From: Candidatus Poribacteria bacterium
GTDB taxonomy: Bacteria; Abyssobacteria; SURF-5
DNA: 64,000 nucleotides
Direction of reading: 5' to 3'
NCBI GenBank assembly: GCA_016215705.1
Contig: JACRIR010000209.1
Coordinates: 16,530-80,529 of the forward strand
Below are positions 1 to 9,126 of the stretch, in pieces. Numbering within the stretch: position 1 is the first letter of the stretch; each line of letters starts with the position of its first letter. The notes beneath the pieces are model-generated. The model was not told the DNA's origin, searched no databases, and saw only the letters and a program-made list of their open reading frames with translations. The position numbers and the translations under genes were made by a program.

Positions 1-201
1 CCGTATGAGTTTATCATAAACCGAAAGAAACAGTTCTTCCTTATTCCGGAAATAGTAATGGATGACACCTTTGCTCACGCCGGCCGAGTCGGCGATGTCC
101 TGCATCGTGATGTTACTGTAACCTTTGAGCGCAATGCAGAAAAAAGTGGCCTCGATGATTTCGGCTCTTCTCTTTGGGGCGACGCCGACTTTGGGTGACA
201 T
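1..201 (-). CDS. TetR/BetI-family transcriptional regulator, N-terminal part (runs off the window)
   Basis: Manual translation from ATG at 201: MSPKVGVAPKRRAEIIEATFFCIALKGYSNITMQDIADSAGVSKGVIHYYFRNKEELF, a TetR helix-turn-helix; not in the ORF track. Confidence 0.85.
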   Translation of the reverse strand, partial: MSPKVGVAPKRRAEIIEATFFCIALKGYSNITMQDIADSAGVSKGVIHYYFRNKEELFLSVYDKLIR

Positions 202-481
202 GGGGGTGACCGGTTTTCCGTTTTTTTAGATTGGCCAGCCAGTTAATAAAGCAACTCTACCAAACCCCCGCGCGCTTTGTCAAGTGTGCGCACAAACAAG
301 ACAACAGGCGAAAAGGCAAAGACGTGATGGAAAGAGGTTTACGGTTCACGCTTCACGGTCATCAGTCATAATCACGTACCCGCCACAATGAGGTAAGACG
401 CAGACTTTTCATCTCAGACATTTGAATTATAGCTTATTGCAGATGCTACCAACCGGTCTGAACAGTTTTCCAAGAAAATTG

Positions 482-511
482 TTGACATCTTTGGCCATAA
501 TGCCATATAAT
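482..511 (+). promoter_or_regulatory. sigma70-type promoter for tRNA-Gly
   Basis: TTGACA (482-487), 18 bp, TATAAT (506-511), 10 nt before the tRNA. Confidence 0.7.
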
Positions 512-521
512 TATTTCCGTT

Positions 522-595
<74 letters not shown>

Positions 596-664
596 CAATT
601 TTCTTGATTAGGCCAGGCGAGAGTATAAGATTGGTCTGACAGTTGACCATGTGGGCCGGGTCGT

Positions 665-737
665 GTAGGCGCGAATTCATTCGCATAGGGTCTCAGGATA
701 ATTTTCGCGCAGTATGTGCGAACAAACTTGAGCCTAC
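665..737. repeat. GTAG-tagged REP-like inverted doublet
   Basis: GTAGGCGCGAATTCATTCGCA ... TGCGAACAAACTTGAGCCTAC; related copies at 25725-25793 and 54869-54916. Confidence 0.55.
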
Positions 738-805
738 AGAGTTGTCGGACAGATGAAATATTCCTCCTGATGCCTCGCGGCTCTTCGGATATCCCGATTC
801 CCTCT

Positions 806-880
806 GCGCCCGTAGCTCAGCCTGGATAGAGCATCGGACTTCGAATCCGCAGGTCGAGGGTTCGAATCCCTCCGGGCGCT
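806..880 (+). tRNA. tRNA-Arg (TCG)
   Basis: Acceptor GCGCCCG/CGGGCGC; anticodon arm CGGA-CT-TCG-AA-TCCG; GGTTCGAATCC. Confidence 0.92.
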
Positions 881-943
881 CAAAATAAGCCGGACCGATG
901 CGCCACTCGCTCCATGCGCGTGGCATTTTTACTGCCTGCTATC

Positions 944-972
944 TTGACTTGCAGGCGTGAATTTGTTATCGT
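944..972 (+). promoter_or_regulatory. putative sigma70 promoter for tRNA-Lys/tRNA-Leu/tig
   Basis: TTGACT (944-949), 17 bp, TATCGT (967-972) preceded by TGn. Confidence 0.45.
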
Positions 973-989
973 CTTATTGTATAGCTACG

Positions 990-1026
990 AATTCGGGGAC
1001 ACCATGCAGCATGGTGTCCCCGAATT
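990..1026. repeat. GGGGACAC-core palindrome, copy 1
   Basis: AATTCGGGGACACCATGC-A-GCATGGTGTCCCCGAATT, 18-bp perfect arms. Confidence 0.85.
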
Positions 1027-1037
1027 AGCCCATCACC

Positions 1038-1110
1038 GGGCCGCTAGCTCAACTGGTAGAGCAAGTGACTCTTAATCACTAGGTTTGGGGTTCGAGTCCC
1101 CGGCGGCTCA
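1038..1110 (+). tRNA. tRNA-Lys (CTT)
   Basis: Acceptor GGGCCGC/GCGGCTC; anticodon arm AGTGA-CT-CTT-AA-TCACT; GGTTCGAGTCC. Confidence 0.95.
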
Positions 1111-1148
1111 CCTGTTTGTAGATCGGTCGGAGGCTCCCGACCGTGCGG

Positions 1149-1234
1149 GGGCGGGTGGCGGAATCTGGCAGACGCGCATGACTTAGGATCATGTGCCATT
1201 CGGCGTGCGGGTTCAATTCCCGCCCCGCCCACCA
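1149..1234 (+). tRNA. tRNA-Leu (TAG)
   Basis: Acceptor GGGCGGG/CCCGCCC plus ACCA; anticodon arm CATGA-CT-TAG-GA-TCATG; long variable arm. Confidence 0.95.
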
Positions 1235-1324
1235 TCTCGCCTTGCCAAATCGTTGAAGCCATTAGGAGCGCGTGACCACGCCCGCGGCGTGGCTAATTGC
1301 GATAGAGACAGCGTGCCCATTACA

Positions 1325-1367
1325 GTCATTGCGAGCGGAGGGCCGCAGGCCCGAGCGAGGCAATCTC
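1325..1367. repeat. GTCATT-tagged REP-like element with a nested hairpin
   Basis: GTCATTGCGAGC...GCAATCTC with GGGCCGCAGGCCC in the loop; same GTCATT...AATCTC frame as the GIY-YIG-flanking repeat. Confidence 0.5.
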
Positions 1368-1437
1368 TCTTTTTTTGGCTTTCTCCCTTTCGCCTTGCTC
1401 CTTTCGCTTTACGCCTTTTCTTGGGAGGTAATCCATA

Positions 1438-2772
1438 TTGAAAGTCAACGTCGAAACTGTGTCCACTTACCAGAAAGTTCTCACCATAGAAATTCCATCT
1501 GAGACCGTTAATGCGGAGATAGAGAATATCTATTCCACGCTGTCCAAAACGGCCATTCATCCCGGCTTCCGCAAGGGAAAAGTTCCGCGCAAGATACTGG
1601 AAAAGAAATACAATAAATCCGTGCGGAACGAAGCGATTGAGAACACTGTGACCTCCTCGCTCAAGAGCGCACTCGCTGATCAGAAGATTGTCCCGCTGGT
1701 CGAGCCTTCAATTGACGAAGTGAAATTCGACGACGGCGCTCCGCTCTCCTTTAAAGTCACGATCGAGGTCGAGCCCACGATCGAACTCGCCGAGTACAAG
1801 GGTATCGAGTTGAAGCGCCCCAAAATTCCCATCACTGACGAAGGCGTTAACCGGGTGGTCGAAAGGCTTCGGCTATCCCACGCCACTTACATACCCGTGG
1901 AGAGGGCGGTCGAAAAGGGTGATTTCATCGTAATTGATTTCGCCGGGTCCGAAGGCGGCAAACCGGTGGAAGGCTTGAAGGCCGAGAATTTCCCCGTCGA
2001 GGTCGGCGCCGGAGTCTTTGCCGGAGGCTTCGAGGACCAGCTCATAGGCATGCAGAAGAATGAGGCAAGGGACGTCTCAGTCAAGTATCCGGAAGATTTT
2101 CGCACCAAGGAACTCGCCGGCAAGGACGTAACGTACCATGTGACCCTGAAGGACGTGAAACTCCGGAGGCTTCCCGACGTTGACGACGCCTTTGCCAAGG
2201 ACCTCGGCGAGTACAATACTCTCGAAGACCTCAAGAAAAACGTGCGTGAGGGGCTCGAGAAGGATATGCAGAGACGCATCGAGCATCTCATGCGCGAGCA
2301 AGGGATCTCCAAGGTCGTTTCCGAATCGAAACTCGAGATTCCGCCCAAGCTGAAAGCTAGGGTGGCGGCCTCCATATTCGAGGAACAAGTAAGGTCATTG
2401 GCCAGTCGCGGTGTGGACCGCGAGACTATAACCGTTCAGCGCGATAAGATAGCCGAACAGGCGGCTGTCGATGCCGAACGTCAGTTGAAAGCCAGGTTTG
2501 TAGCCGACGAGATAGCCCGGCGCGAAAACATCACCGTCACGACTGAGGAGTTGAATCAAAGACTCGAGGAAATGATTGCATCGTCGGAGGACCAGACTCA
2601 GGCTAGAACCTACTTCAACAGCGAGCGTGTTCGCGAAAGCTCCCGTGACCAGATGCTGGCCCAGAAGATATTGGATTTTGTGGTAAACAATGCTAGAATA
2701 ATAGAAGTGGAATCGCCGCAAAGCGGGTCAGAATTACAGCCCGAACCAGATGAACAAGAAGGAGAAAGCTGA
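1438..2772 (+). CDS. tig: trigger factor
   Basis: PGFRKGKVP ribosome-binding motif, FKBP-like middle domain, GGAGG RBS before TTG, upstream of clpP. Confidence 0.95.
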   Translation: MKVNVETVSTYQKVLTIEIPSETVNAEIENIYSTLSKTAIHPGFRKGKVPRKILEKKYNKSVRNEAIENTVTSSLKSALADQKIVPLVEPSIDEVKFDDGAPLSFKVTIEVEPTIELAEYKGIELKRPKIPITDEGVNRVVERLRLSHATYIPVERAVEKGDFIVIDFAGSEGGKPVEGLKAENFPVEVGAGVFAGGFEDQLIGMQKNEARDVSVKYPEDFRTKELAGKDVTYHVTLKDVKLRRLPDVDDAFAKDLGEYNTLEDLKKNVREGLEKDMQRRIEHLMREQGISKVVSESKLEIPPKLKARVAASIFEEQVRSLASRGVDRETITVQRDKIAEQAAVDAERQLKARFVADEIARRENITVTTEELNQRLEEMIASSEDQTQARTYFNSERVRESSRDQMLAQKILDFVVNNARIIEVESPQSGSELQPEPDEQEGES

Positions 2773-2774
2773 AC

Positions 2775-3362
2775 ATGCCTCTCATAATACCAAGGATTGT
2801 GGAACAAGATGCCCGCGGTGAGAAGGGATGGGACATCATTTCTCGCCTGCTGAAAGATCGCATCATATTTATCGGCGAAGCGATTGACGAGTGGGTTTCA
2901 CAGTTAATCATCGCTCAGCTTCTGTATCTCGAAGCGGAAGACCCCGAGAAGGATATATATCTGTACATCAACAGCCCGGGCGGTTACGTCACCGCCGGCC
3001 TTGCGATATATGACACCATGCAGTACATCCGCGCCAATATCTCGACTATTTGCCTTGGACAGGCCGCCAGCATGGGCGCGCTCCTCTTGTGCGCAGGCAC
3101 GAAAGGGAAACGTTTTGCCCTTCCATATGCTCGGATTCTAATCCACCAGCCGCTCGGCGGAGCCCGCGGCCAGGCTACCGATATTGAGATTCAGGCCAAG
3201 GAAATCCTGAAAGTGCGCGAGATAATAAACGAGATACTCGTAAAACACACGAGCCAGAAGGCGGAGAAAGTCCGCCAGGACACCGAGCGCGACTACTATA
3301 TGTCGGCCCAGGAAGCGAAGGATTACGGCATCGTGGACGAAGTGCTCATCAAGAACAAATAG
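2775..3362 (+). CDS. clpP: ATP-dependent Clp protease proteolytic subunit
   Basis: [23 protein letters not shown] (catalytic Ser), IHQP (His), ERD. Confidence 0.97.
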   Translation: MPLIIPRIVEQDARGEKGWDIISRLLKDRIIFIGEAIDEWVSQLIIAQLLYLEAEDPEKDIYLYINSPGGYVTAGLAIYDTMQYIRANISTICLGQAASMGALLLCAGTKGKRFALPYARILIHQPLGGARGQATDIEIQAKEILKVREIINEILVKHTSQKAEKVRQDTERDYYMSAQEAKDYGIVDEVLIKNK

Positions 3363-3374
3363 GCGGGAAAACAC

Positions 3375-4625
3375 ATGGTATTTAACAGCGGAGAAGGAAG
3401 CGACGTGCCCACGTGCTCGTTCTGCGGAAAGAGGCAGGATGAGGTAAGGAAGCTGATCGCGGGGCCGATGGTGTATATCTGCGACGAATGCGTCGAGCTT
3501 TGCGGCGATATGCTCGAGGGCGAAACCCGCCCTGCAGCCGCTCCCGAGCGGCCAAAGGTTCCAAAACCGAAAGATATAAAGAAGATTCTCGACGAGTATG
3601 TGATTGGCCAGGAGCGCGCAAAGAAAATTCTCTCCGTTGCGGTTCATAACCATTACAAACGCATCGAGTTCGAGTTGGACGACGACGAAGTCGAGCTCCA
3701 AAAGAGCAACGTCCTGCTCGTCGGTCCGACGGGCTCCGGCAAGACCCTCCTCGCACAAACGCTGGCCCGCATCATCGATGTCCCGTTCGCCATCGCGGAC
3801 GCAACGACTCTCACCGAGGCCGGCTACGTCGGTGAAGATGTCGAGAACGTAATTCTGAAGCTTCTCCAGAACGCCGACTATGACCCTGAACAGGCGGAAG
3901 TCGGGATCGTCTATATCGATGAGATCGACAAGATAGCGCGCAAGAGCGAAAACGTTTCCATCACGCGTGACGTCTCCGGAGAAGGCGTTCAGCAGGCCCT
4001 CCTGAAAATATTGGAAGGCACGGTCGCCAACGTTCCCCCACAAGGCGGCCGCAAGCATCCTCAGCAGGAATACATCCAGGTGGATACAACAAACATCCTG
4101 TTCATTTGTGGCGGCGCCTTCGTTGGAATCGAGAAGATAATTGAATCGCGTCTGGGCAAGAACGTCATCGGCTTTGGCTCCGAGGCCAAACCGCGTGAGA
4201 AGAGGAAGGTTGGCGAGATTATCAAGCACATTCAACCGGAGGACCTGCTCAAGTATGGGATGATACCCGAGTTTGTCGGGCGTCTTCCCATCATCGCAAC
4301 TTTCGATGAGCTTTCCGAGGCCGACCTGATCCGTATCCTGCAAGAGCCGAAGAACGCGCTCGTGAAACAATACAAGAAGTTCTTCGACATCGAGAACGTC
4401 AAGCTGACTTTCACCGAAGAAGCCCTTGCTGAAATCTCGCACCAGGCTATAGCCCGAAAGAGCGGGGCCCGTGGCCTGCGCGCCATCATGGAGGAGGTCA
4501 TGCTCGACATCATGTATGAGACTCCCTCCAAGAGCGACGTGCGCGAATGCGTGATCACTGACGCTGTCGTGCGAAAGCAGGAAGAACCAAAGCTTGTGCA
4601 CGTGACCCGAAAGCGTTCTGCCTGA
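3375..4625 (+). CDS. clpX: ATP-dependent Clp protease ATP-binding subunit ClpX
   Basis: CSFC...CDEC zinc finger, GPTGSGKT Walker A, IDEID Walker B, RKH and IGF loops. Confidence 0.97.
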   Translation: MVFNSGEGSDVPTCSFCGKRQDEVRKLIAGPMVYICDECVELCGDMLEGETRPAAAPERPKVPKPKDIKKILDEYVIGQERAKKILSVAVHNHYKRIEFELDDDEVELQKSNVLLVGPTGSGKTLLAQTLARIIDVPFAIADATTLTEAGYVGEDVENVILKLLQNADYDPEQAEVGIVYIDEIDKIARKSENVSITRDVSGEGVQQALLKILEGTVANVPPQGGRKHPQQEYIQVDTTNILFICGGAFVGIEKIIESRLGKNVIGFGSEAKPREKRKVGEIIKHIQPEDLLKYGMIPEFVGRLPIIATFDELSEADLIRILQEPKNALVKQYKKFFDIENVKLTFTEEALAEISHQAIARKSGARGLRAIMEEVMLDIMYETPSKSDVRECVITDAVVRKQEEPKLVHVTRKRSA

Positions 4626-4626
4626 C

Positions 4627-4675
4627 CGAGCATATTCGGGGACACGATGCCGCATCGTGTCCCCGAATATGCTCG
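4627..4675. repeat. GGGGACAC-core palindrome, copy 2
   Basis: CGAGCATATTCGGGGACACGATGC-C-GCATCGTGTCCCCGAATATGCTCG, 24-bp perfect arms just after the clpX stop. Confidence 0.9.
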
Positions 4676-4699
4676 CTCTTCCACAAGTACAAAGCAAGC

Positions 4700-4726
4700 G
4701 TCATTCTGAGCGAAGCGAAGAATCTC
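4700..4726. repeat. solo copy of the GIY-YIG-flanking repeat
   Basis: GTCATTCTGAGCGAAGCGAAGAATCTC, identical to 9229-9255. Confidence 0.9.
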
Positions 4727-4751
4727 TCCTGCATATTCTTGAGGCTCACCG

Positions 4752-5330
4752 ATGAAAATAACGTCCGCCGAATACATCATCAGCGCTTTCGACAAGACCC
4801 AGTTCCCCCAGAATCGCCTCCCCGAGGTCGCCTTCGCCGGAAGGTCCAACGTCGGTAAGTCGTCGCTGCTGAACCGCCTGGCCGGCAAGGATATCGCAAG
4901 AATCAGCCGTACCCCCGGCAAGACCCGAGCGGTCAACTTCTTCCTTATGAATAACAAGTTCTATTTTGTTGACCTGCCCGGCTATGGGTTTGCCCGCGTC
5001 TCAAAGAGCATGCGCCGCGGCTGGCACGAGTTGATAGAGGGATACATCAGTGGCAGGCCGAATCTGGCCGCCGTCATCGTCCTTATTGACAGTCGCAGAG
5101 AAGAGATTCCCGACGCCGATCTGCAAATGATCGACTACCTGTGTCACATCCGGATTTCGAGTATTCCCGTATTTACGAAGATAGACAAGCTCAATCGGTC
5201 GGAACTAGCGCGCCTTAAGCAAGCTGCAATCCGAAAGCTTCCGGAGAGTTCCGAATCCATCTTCTTCTCCGCGGTCACATGCGAAGGTGTAGCGGATTTG
5301 TTGAACCGAATCGACGGATGTCTCCATTGA
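4752..5330 (+). CDS. engB: ribosome biogenesis GTPase YihA/YsxC/EngB
   Basis: [10 protein letters not shown] (G1), PGKT, DLPGYG (G3), TKID (G4). Confidence 0.95.
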   Translation: MKITSAEYIISAFDKTQFPQNRLPEVAFAGRSNVGKSSLLNRLAGKDIARISRTPGKTRAVNFFLMNNKFYFVDLPGYGFARVSKSMRRGWHELIEGYISGRPNLAAVIVLIDSRREEIPDADLQMIDYLCHIRISSIPVFTKIDKLNRSELARLKQAAIRKLPESSESIFFSAVTCEGVADLLNRIDGCLH

Positions 5331-5555
5331 CTCTCTGTTATTCAACATGGAGATTGCGGAAAATACCAATCCACCGATTTCGCAAATTCCTGCTGATTAT
5401 TTCAGACTTGTGTGCGCGCAGCAGGCTGCGTTCCATTCTACCGCAAAGCCTCGGTCGCGACCGCAAGTCTGGCGGCAGCATCGCAGGGCGTCGGAAGACA
5501 CTCTGATCATCGTCGCCGAAGCCGTGAGAAGGTTTGGTAAAGGGGGAGGGACCAC

Positions 5556-6887
5556 ATGATGAAGCCAGTCGTCTCGTTGGTTCGATACAAAGACGTGAGT
5601 TCAGTCAGCGAGGCAATTCGCCTTTGCGATGGATTTGACAAACTCAAATCGACTCATCGGGTCCTTCTCAAGCCTAATATCTGCACGGCAGGCGGAGGTT
5701 TTATTCCGCCTTATGGAACTGTCACGACCACCGCCGTTGTGGAGGGAACGGTTCGCGCCTTGAAGGACGCGGGCGTGAACGACATTTCCATAGGAGAAGG
5801 GACTGTCACCGACGAGCTTGGCACGAACACGACTAAAGGATACAAGTGGATTCAACTGGACCGCCTGGCAACACGCTACGGAGTCAAGTTGATCGATTTC
5901 AATGCGGGCCCGCACAAGAAAGTCATGGTCGAGGACGTGCCCATGAACATCGCCGAAGCGGCGCTGGACACTGATTTCTTTGTTAACCTGCCCGTCCTAA
6001 AGACTCATCAAGATGCGAGAGTCTCGCTCTCCGGCAAGAACCTCAAAGGCTGCATGAGCCTGGCATCGAAGCGGTTCTTCCATGGCGAACACGGTACGAT
6101 TCATTATCGCATCTCCCGCCTGATGGAGGCGGTTCCCCAGCACCTTGTCATAATCGACGGCATTTACGCGATGGAAAAAGGTCCCGACGCCACTATCGGT
6201 ACGGGGCGTCCAAAAGGTATCCTGGCGGCATCCACGGATTTCTTGGCTGCCGACGCCGTGGGTGTGCGCCTATTGGGCGCCGAACCGGCAGAAGCCCGGC
6301 ATCTAAGTCTCTATGCCGAGCGCCATGGCAGATTGGACGTGCTTCAGACTCCGGACACTATAGAGGTTCGCGGCGAGCGCATCGAGGATCATGCCGAATA
6401 CCTCGAATGGCGTTCCATAGCCGCTGAGGATATGCCGGCTTCCGGACACACCGGCTATGAGGTCCGCGCATTCACCGACGCCGCGTGCTCACAGTGTTTC
6501 GCCAATTTGTCCGGGTCCTCACTGCTTCTTGCCGCGCTCAGCCGCAACAAGGATTTCAACGACCTCGTGATCGTCTTCGGAAAAAGTTACAAGGAAGAGC
6601 GCAACTCGCCACGCACGCTCCTGTTCGGCAACTGCGCCATCAAAGCGAACAAAAGCCTTGATAAGGCCATGAAACTTGAAGGATGTCCCCCAAAGTTTTG
6701 GACTTCTTTCCTGTTCCTTACCGGACAAATGAAGAGTGTGCCGGGCAGAGCGGCGTTCTATGCCCGCACTGCGTTGTGCCTTGCCAAAGGCGCCGCTGGA
6801 GTCGGTCTGCTTCCCTTGCCGAGGTTCGATGTCTACAAGAACAAATCGGCATATGATATCAATCACTATAGGCTGTCAAGGAGTTGA
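5556..6887 (+). CDS. DUF362 domain protein with C-terminal cysteine cluster
   Basis: VLLKPN, NLPVLKTH, KNLKG, IDGIYAME motifs; CSQC/GNCA/GCPP at the C-terminus; GGAGG RBS. Confidence 0.75.
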   Translation: MMKPVVSLVRYKDVSSVSEAIRLCDGFDKLKSTHRVLLKPNICTAGGGFIPPYGTVTTTAVVEGTVRALKDAGVNDISIGEGTVTDELGTNTTKGYKWIQLDRLATRYGVKLIDFNAGPHKKVMVEDVPMNIAEAALDTDFFVNLPVLKTHQDARVSLSGKNLKGCMSLASKRFFHGEHGTIHYRISRLMEAVPQHLVIIDGIYAMEKGPDATIGTGRPKGILAASTDFLAADAVGVRLLGAEPAEARHLSLYAERHGRLDVLQTPDTIEVRGERIEDHAEYLEWRSIAAEDMPASGHTGYEVRAFTDAACSQCFANLSGSSLLLAALSRNKDFNDLVIVFGKSYKEERNSPRTLLFGNCAIKANKSLDKAMKLEGCPPKFWTSFLFLTGQMKSVPGRAAFYARTALCLAKGAAGVGLLPLPRFDVYKNKSAYDINHYRLSRS

Positions 6888-7071
6888 GAAAAGATCGGAA
6901 CACGAATGGCGCTGGGCACGATGTTGGTCGCTATGGCGACTCGTTTGCTGGAAGGCGTCCCAGGGATTTGGAGTTGCTTGCCGAAAAGGGTACTGAGGTT
7001 CAGCATTTTGGCGCACACGGAAGGCCGTCGGTCCGGGGAGACTCTCAAGAGAATGACACGATCCGGGATGC

Positions 7072-9126
7072 TCATGGATTTCCGGCGGGCACATCGTAAA
7101 TAAAAATGGAATAGCCGAGAACTTTCCTGGGTTTCAGCTTCTTGAGCCAGTCGTGGCAGTGTGGGTTGGCGAGATAGAGATTCTGGAGATAGGTGGCGCT
7201 TACAGCCCAGACGCCGGCAGAAGGCTCGCAACCATTGAGGTCGGCGTTGCTAAGGCCATAATACTCGAGCACGCCCCGGGGACCGAAATACTTTATCTTC
7301 ACGTCCCGGATTCTGTTTTCCTGCAAGTAGTTCATGAGATCGTTCAGATTCTGTCCCCAGTCGAGATTTGAATCCACAAGATATTTGTATCCTTTACTCG
7401 GCCCGCCGATCATCTCATTGAAGTATGCAAGATAGTGTGGGTATATCCACGCCGCTGAGCCCGCGTACCAAACACACAGAATCGCGAGCGCTCGTTTCCA
7501 TCGTTTGGATTCAAAGGAGGCAACCTTCCCGGCAAAAATGCAAAGGAGTGGAATCAATGGAAGGATGTATCGGATGCCTATGTTTATCCGAGATGGCAGG
7601 GAGAAGAAACCGATCATGATCAGGATTGAAAACAAGAGGAAACGTTCGTCAAATGTCCCCTTCCCCCCTTTGCCAAAGGGGGACGAAATGGAGTTCTCCT
7701 TTACAGAAGGATGAATAGTCGACTCCCTCTTTGCAGAGGGGGGAACAGTCGAGTCGCTATTTACAAAGCAACGAATGGCCGGGCTGCTCTTTACAGAGGG
7801 AGGAATAGTGGAGCCCTGCTCTGCAGAAGAGGGGACAACCTTGTCTTGTGGGCAGCCTTCTTGACTCCCCTTATGCAAAGGGGGGGAGGGGGGATTTGGA
7901 GAACAGGCTCTCTTTCCTCCTTTTTCAAGAGAGAATAATTTGCTGAGTGGTCGGCTCGATTTCAGGCTCGCCCCGGCAGCCGCAACCAGGCATATGATAA
8001 ACGGAATCGGAGTCTTGATGAGAAAAGCCACCCAGTAGAAGTACCACCAGCCCGTTCGCGAGATTTCTCCAAACAGGAAATTGTCTTTCCACCCTTTTGC
8101 TGCCGCGAGCTGTGTATAAATTCCAAGGATGTATGAATATGCGGGAATGCGAATGCCACGCAAGGCCAGCGCATCGACTGCCTGCCAAAAAGGTTTTTCG
8201 GCGACCAGCCTCTCTGCCTGCGGTTTCAGCCATTGCGGCATGAAGGGGGTTCCAAACTGGAAGCCGTAACCAGCCCAGACAACACAGGAAGCTATAAGTA
8301 AGATCAGCAGGAGGCATAGTAAATCCCCCCTCCCCCCCTTTGCAAAGGGGGGTAATGAAAACCTGATTCGGAGGGGGATTGCCTTTTCCACTCTCTTCAA
8401 AGGTGTCCCTGTTTCCTCTCCTCGCAAAGGTTCCCCTGTTTCTCCCCTTTGCAAAGGGGGGGAGGGGGGATTTACCAGCCGGAACAAGATAACTTCCAAC
8501 AACAGAATCGGAATCAGAATGAGTCCCGTGAACTTCGACAAAAGCGCGAGACCCAACGCCATGCCCGTAAGAACCATTCGCACGGCTGAAGGCGCTTGGA
8601 GGTATTTGTGAAATGAGTACAGCGCCAGCGTCATGGTGAACGCAAGCAGCATATCAGGCGTGGCAAGCTTACAGTGTGCGAGGATCGCCGGGCAAAGGGA
8701 ATATAAAAACAGGGAAACCAGCGCTGCGCCGGAACCATAAATCTCTCTTCCCCAACGATACACCAGGAGCCCCAGCAGCGCCGAGAGAAAGACGAACGGA
8801 ATGCGCGTAAGGAACATCATCAGGCGGGGAGATTGGCCGGATTCGAATATGAGCGATGGGCCTATATAGCGGCGGTAGACGTATTCCTTGTCCTCGAATC
8901 TGTCGGGATCGAGTTTCAACGGCAGGAGAAGAAGGCTGTTGACGTAATAGGGAAGCGGCGGATGCAATTGGAGCGCCACAATCTCCCAGTTCCTGGTTTC
9001 CAGCAACTGCCGGCCAATACCGATATAACTGGGCTCATCCCACGTGAGCGACGCGCGCCGCATGCTGCCCACCGCAAGCGCGAGGTGAATTGCCAGTAGC
9101 GCGGCAACTGCGAGGCGGGTTCTCAT
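7072..9126 (-). CDS. ArnT/PMT-like (GT-C fold) membrane glycosyltransferase with two in-frame repeat insertions
   Basis: TWDEP, HPPL, ALLSKFTG, DSNLDWGQ and multiple TM helices; start placed at MRTRL (9126) because the ORF-track extension to 9171 is repeat array. Confidence 0.8.
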   Translation of the reverse strand: MRTRLAVAALLAIHLALAVGSMRRASLTWDEPSYIGIGRQLLETRNWEIVALQLHPPLPYYVNSLLLLPLKLDPDRFEDKEYVYRRYIGPSLIFESGQSPRLMMFLTRIPFVFLSALLGLLVYRWGREIYGSGAALVSLFLYSLCPAILAHCKLATPDMLLAFTMTLALYSFHKYLQAPSAVRMVLTGMALGLALLSKFTGLILIPILLLEVILFRLVNPPSPPLQRGETGEPLRGEETGTPLKRVEKAIPLRIRFSLPPFAKGGRGDLLCLLLILLIASCVVWAGYGFQFGTPFMPQWLKPQAERLVAEKPFWQAVDALALRGIRIPAYSYILGIYTQLAAAKGWKDNFLFGEISRTGWWYFYWVAFLIKTPIPFIICLVAAAGASLKSSRPLSKLFSLEKGGKRACSPNPPSPPLHKGSQEGCPQDKVVPSSAEQGSTIPPSVKSSPAIRCFVNSDSTVPPSAKRESTIHPSVKENSISSPFGKGGKGTFDERFLLFSILIMIGFFSLPSRINIGIRYILPLIPLLCIFAGKVASFESKRWKRALAILCVWYAGSAAWIYPHYLAYFNEMIGGPSKGYKYLVDSNLDWGQNLNDLMNYLQENRIRDVKIKYFGPRGVLEYYGLSNADLNGCEPSAGVWAVSATYLQNLYLANPHCHDWLKKLKPRKVLGYSIFIYDVPAGNP
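7651..7933. repeat. in-frame CCCCTTTGCAAAGGGG hairpin-family insertion with 30-bp internal period
   Basis: Ends CCCCCCTTTGCCAAAGGGGG and CCCCTTATGCAAAGGGGGGGAGGGGGGATTT; about six 10-aa periodic units between. Confidence 0.75.
8321..8473. repeat. in-frame CCCCTTTGCAAAGGGG hairpin-family insertion with inverted ends and 27-bp period
   Basis: AAATCCCCC..CCCCCTTTGCAAAGGGGGG at left and CCCCTTTGCAAAGGGGGGAGGGGGGATTT at right; translates PPSPPLQRG...PPFAKGGRGD. Confidence 0.8.

Noticed and set aside
3138-4697. 519-aa minus-strand ORF
   Set aside because: Antisense shadow of clpP/clpX with no recognisable motifs.
5279-5559. Short ORFs between engB and the DUF362 gene
   Set aside because: No motifs or convincing RBS; left unannotated.
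6866-7231. Small overlapping ORFs between convergent genes
   Set aside because: Mutually overlapping frames with no recognisable domains.
7072-9126. ArnT-like gene as a pseudogene, or its insertions as inteins or introns
   Set aside because: The frame is intact; the insertions lack intein ends (Cys/Ser...His-Asn) and are too short for group I/II introns.
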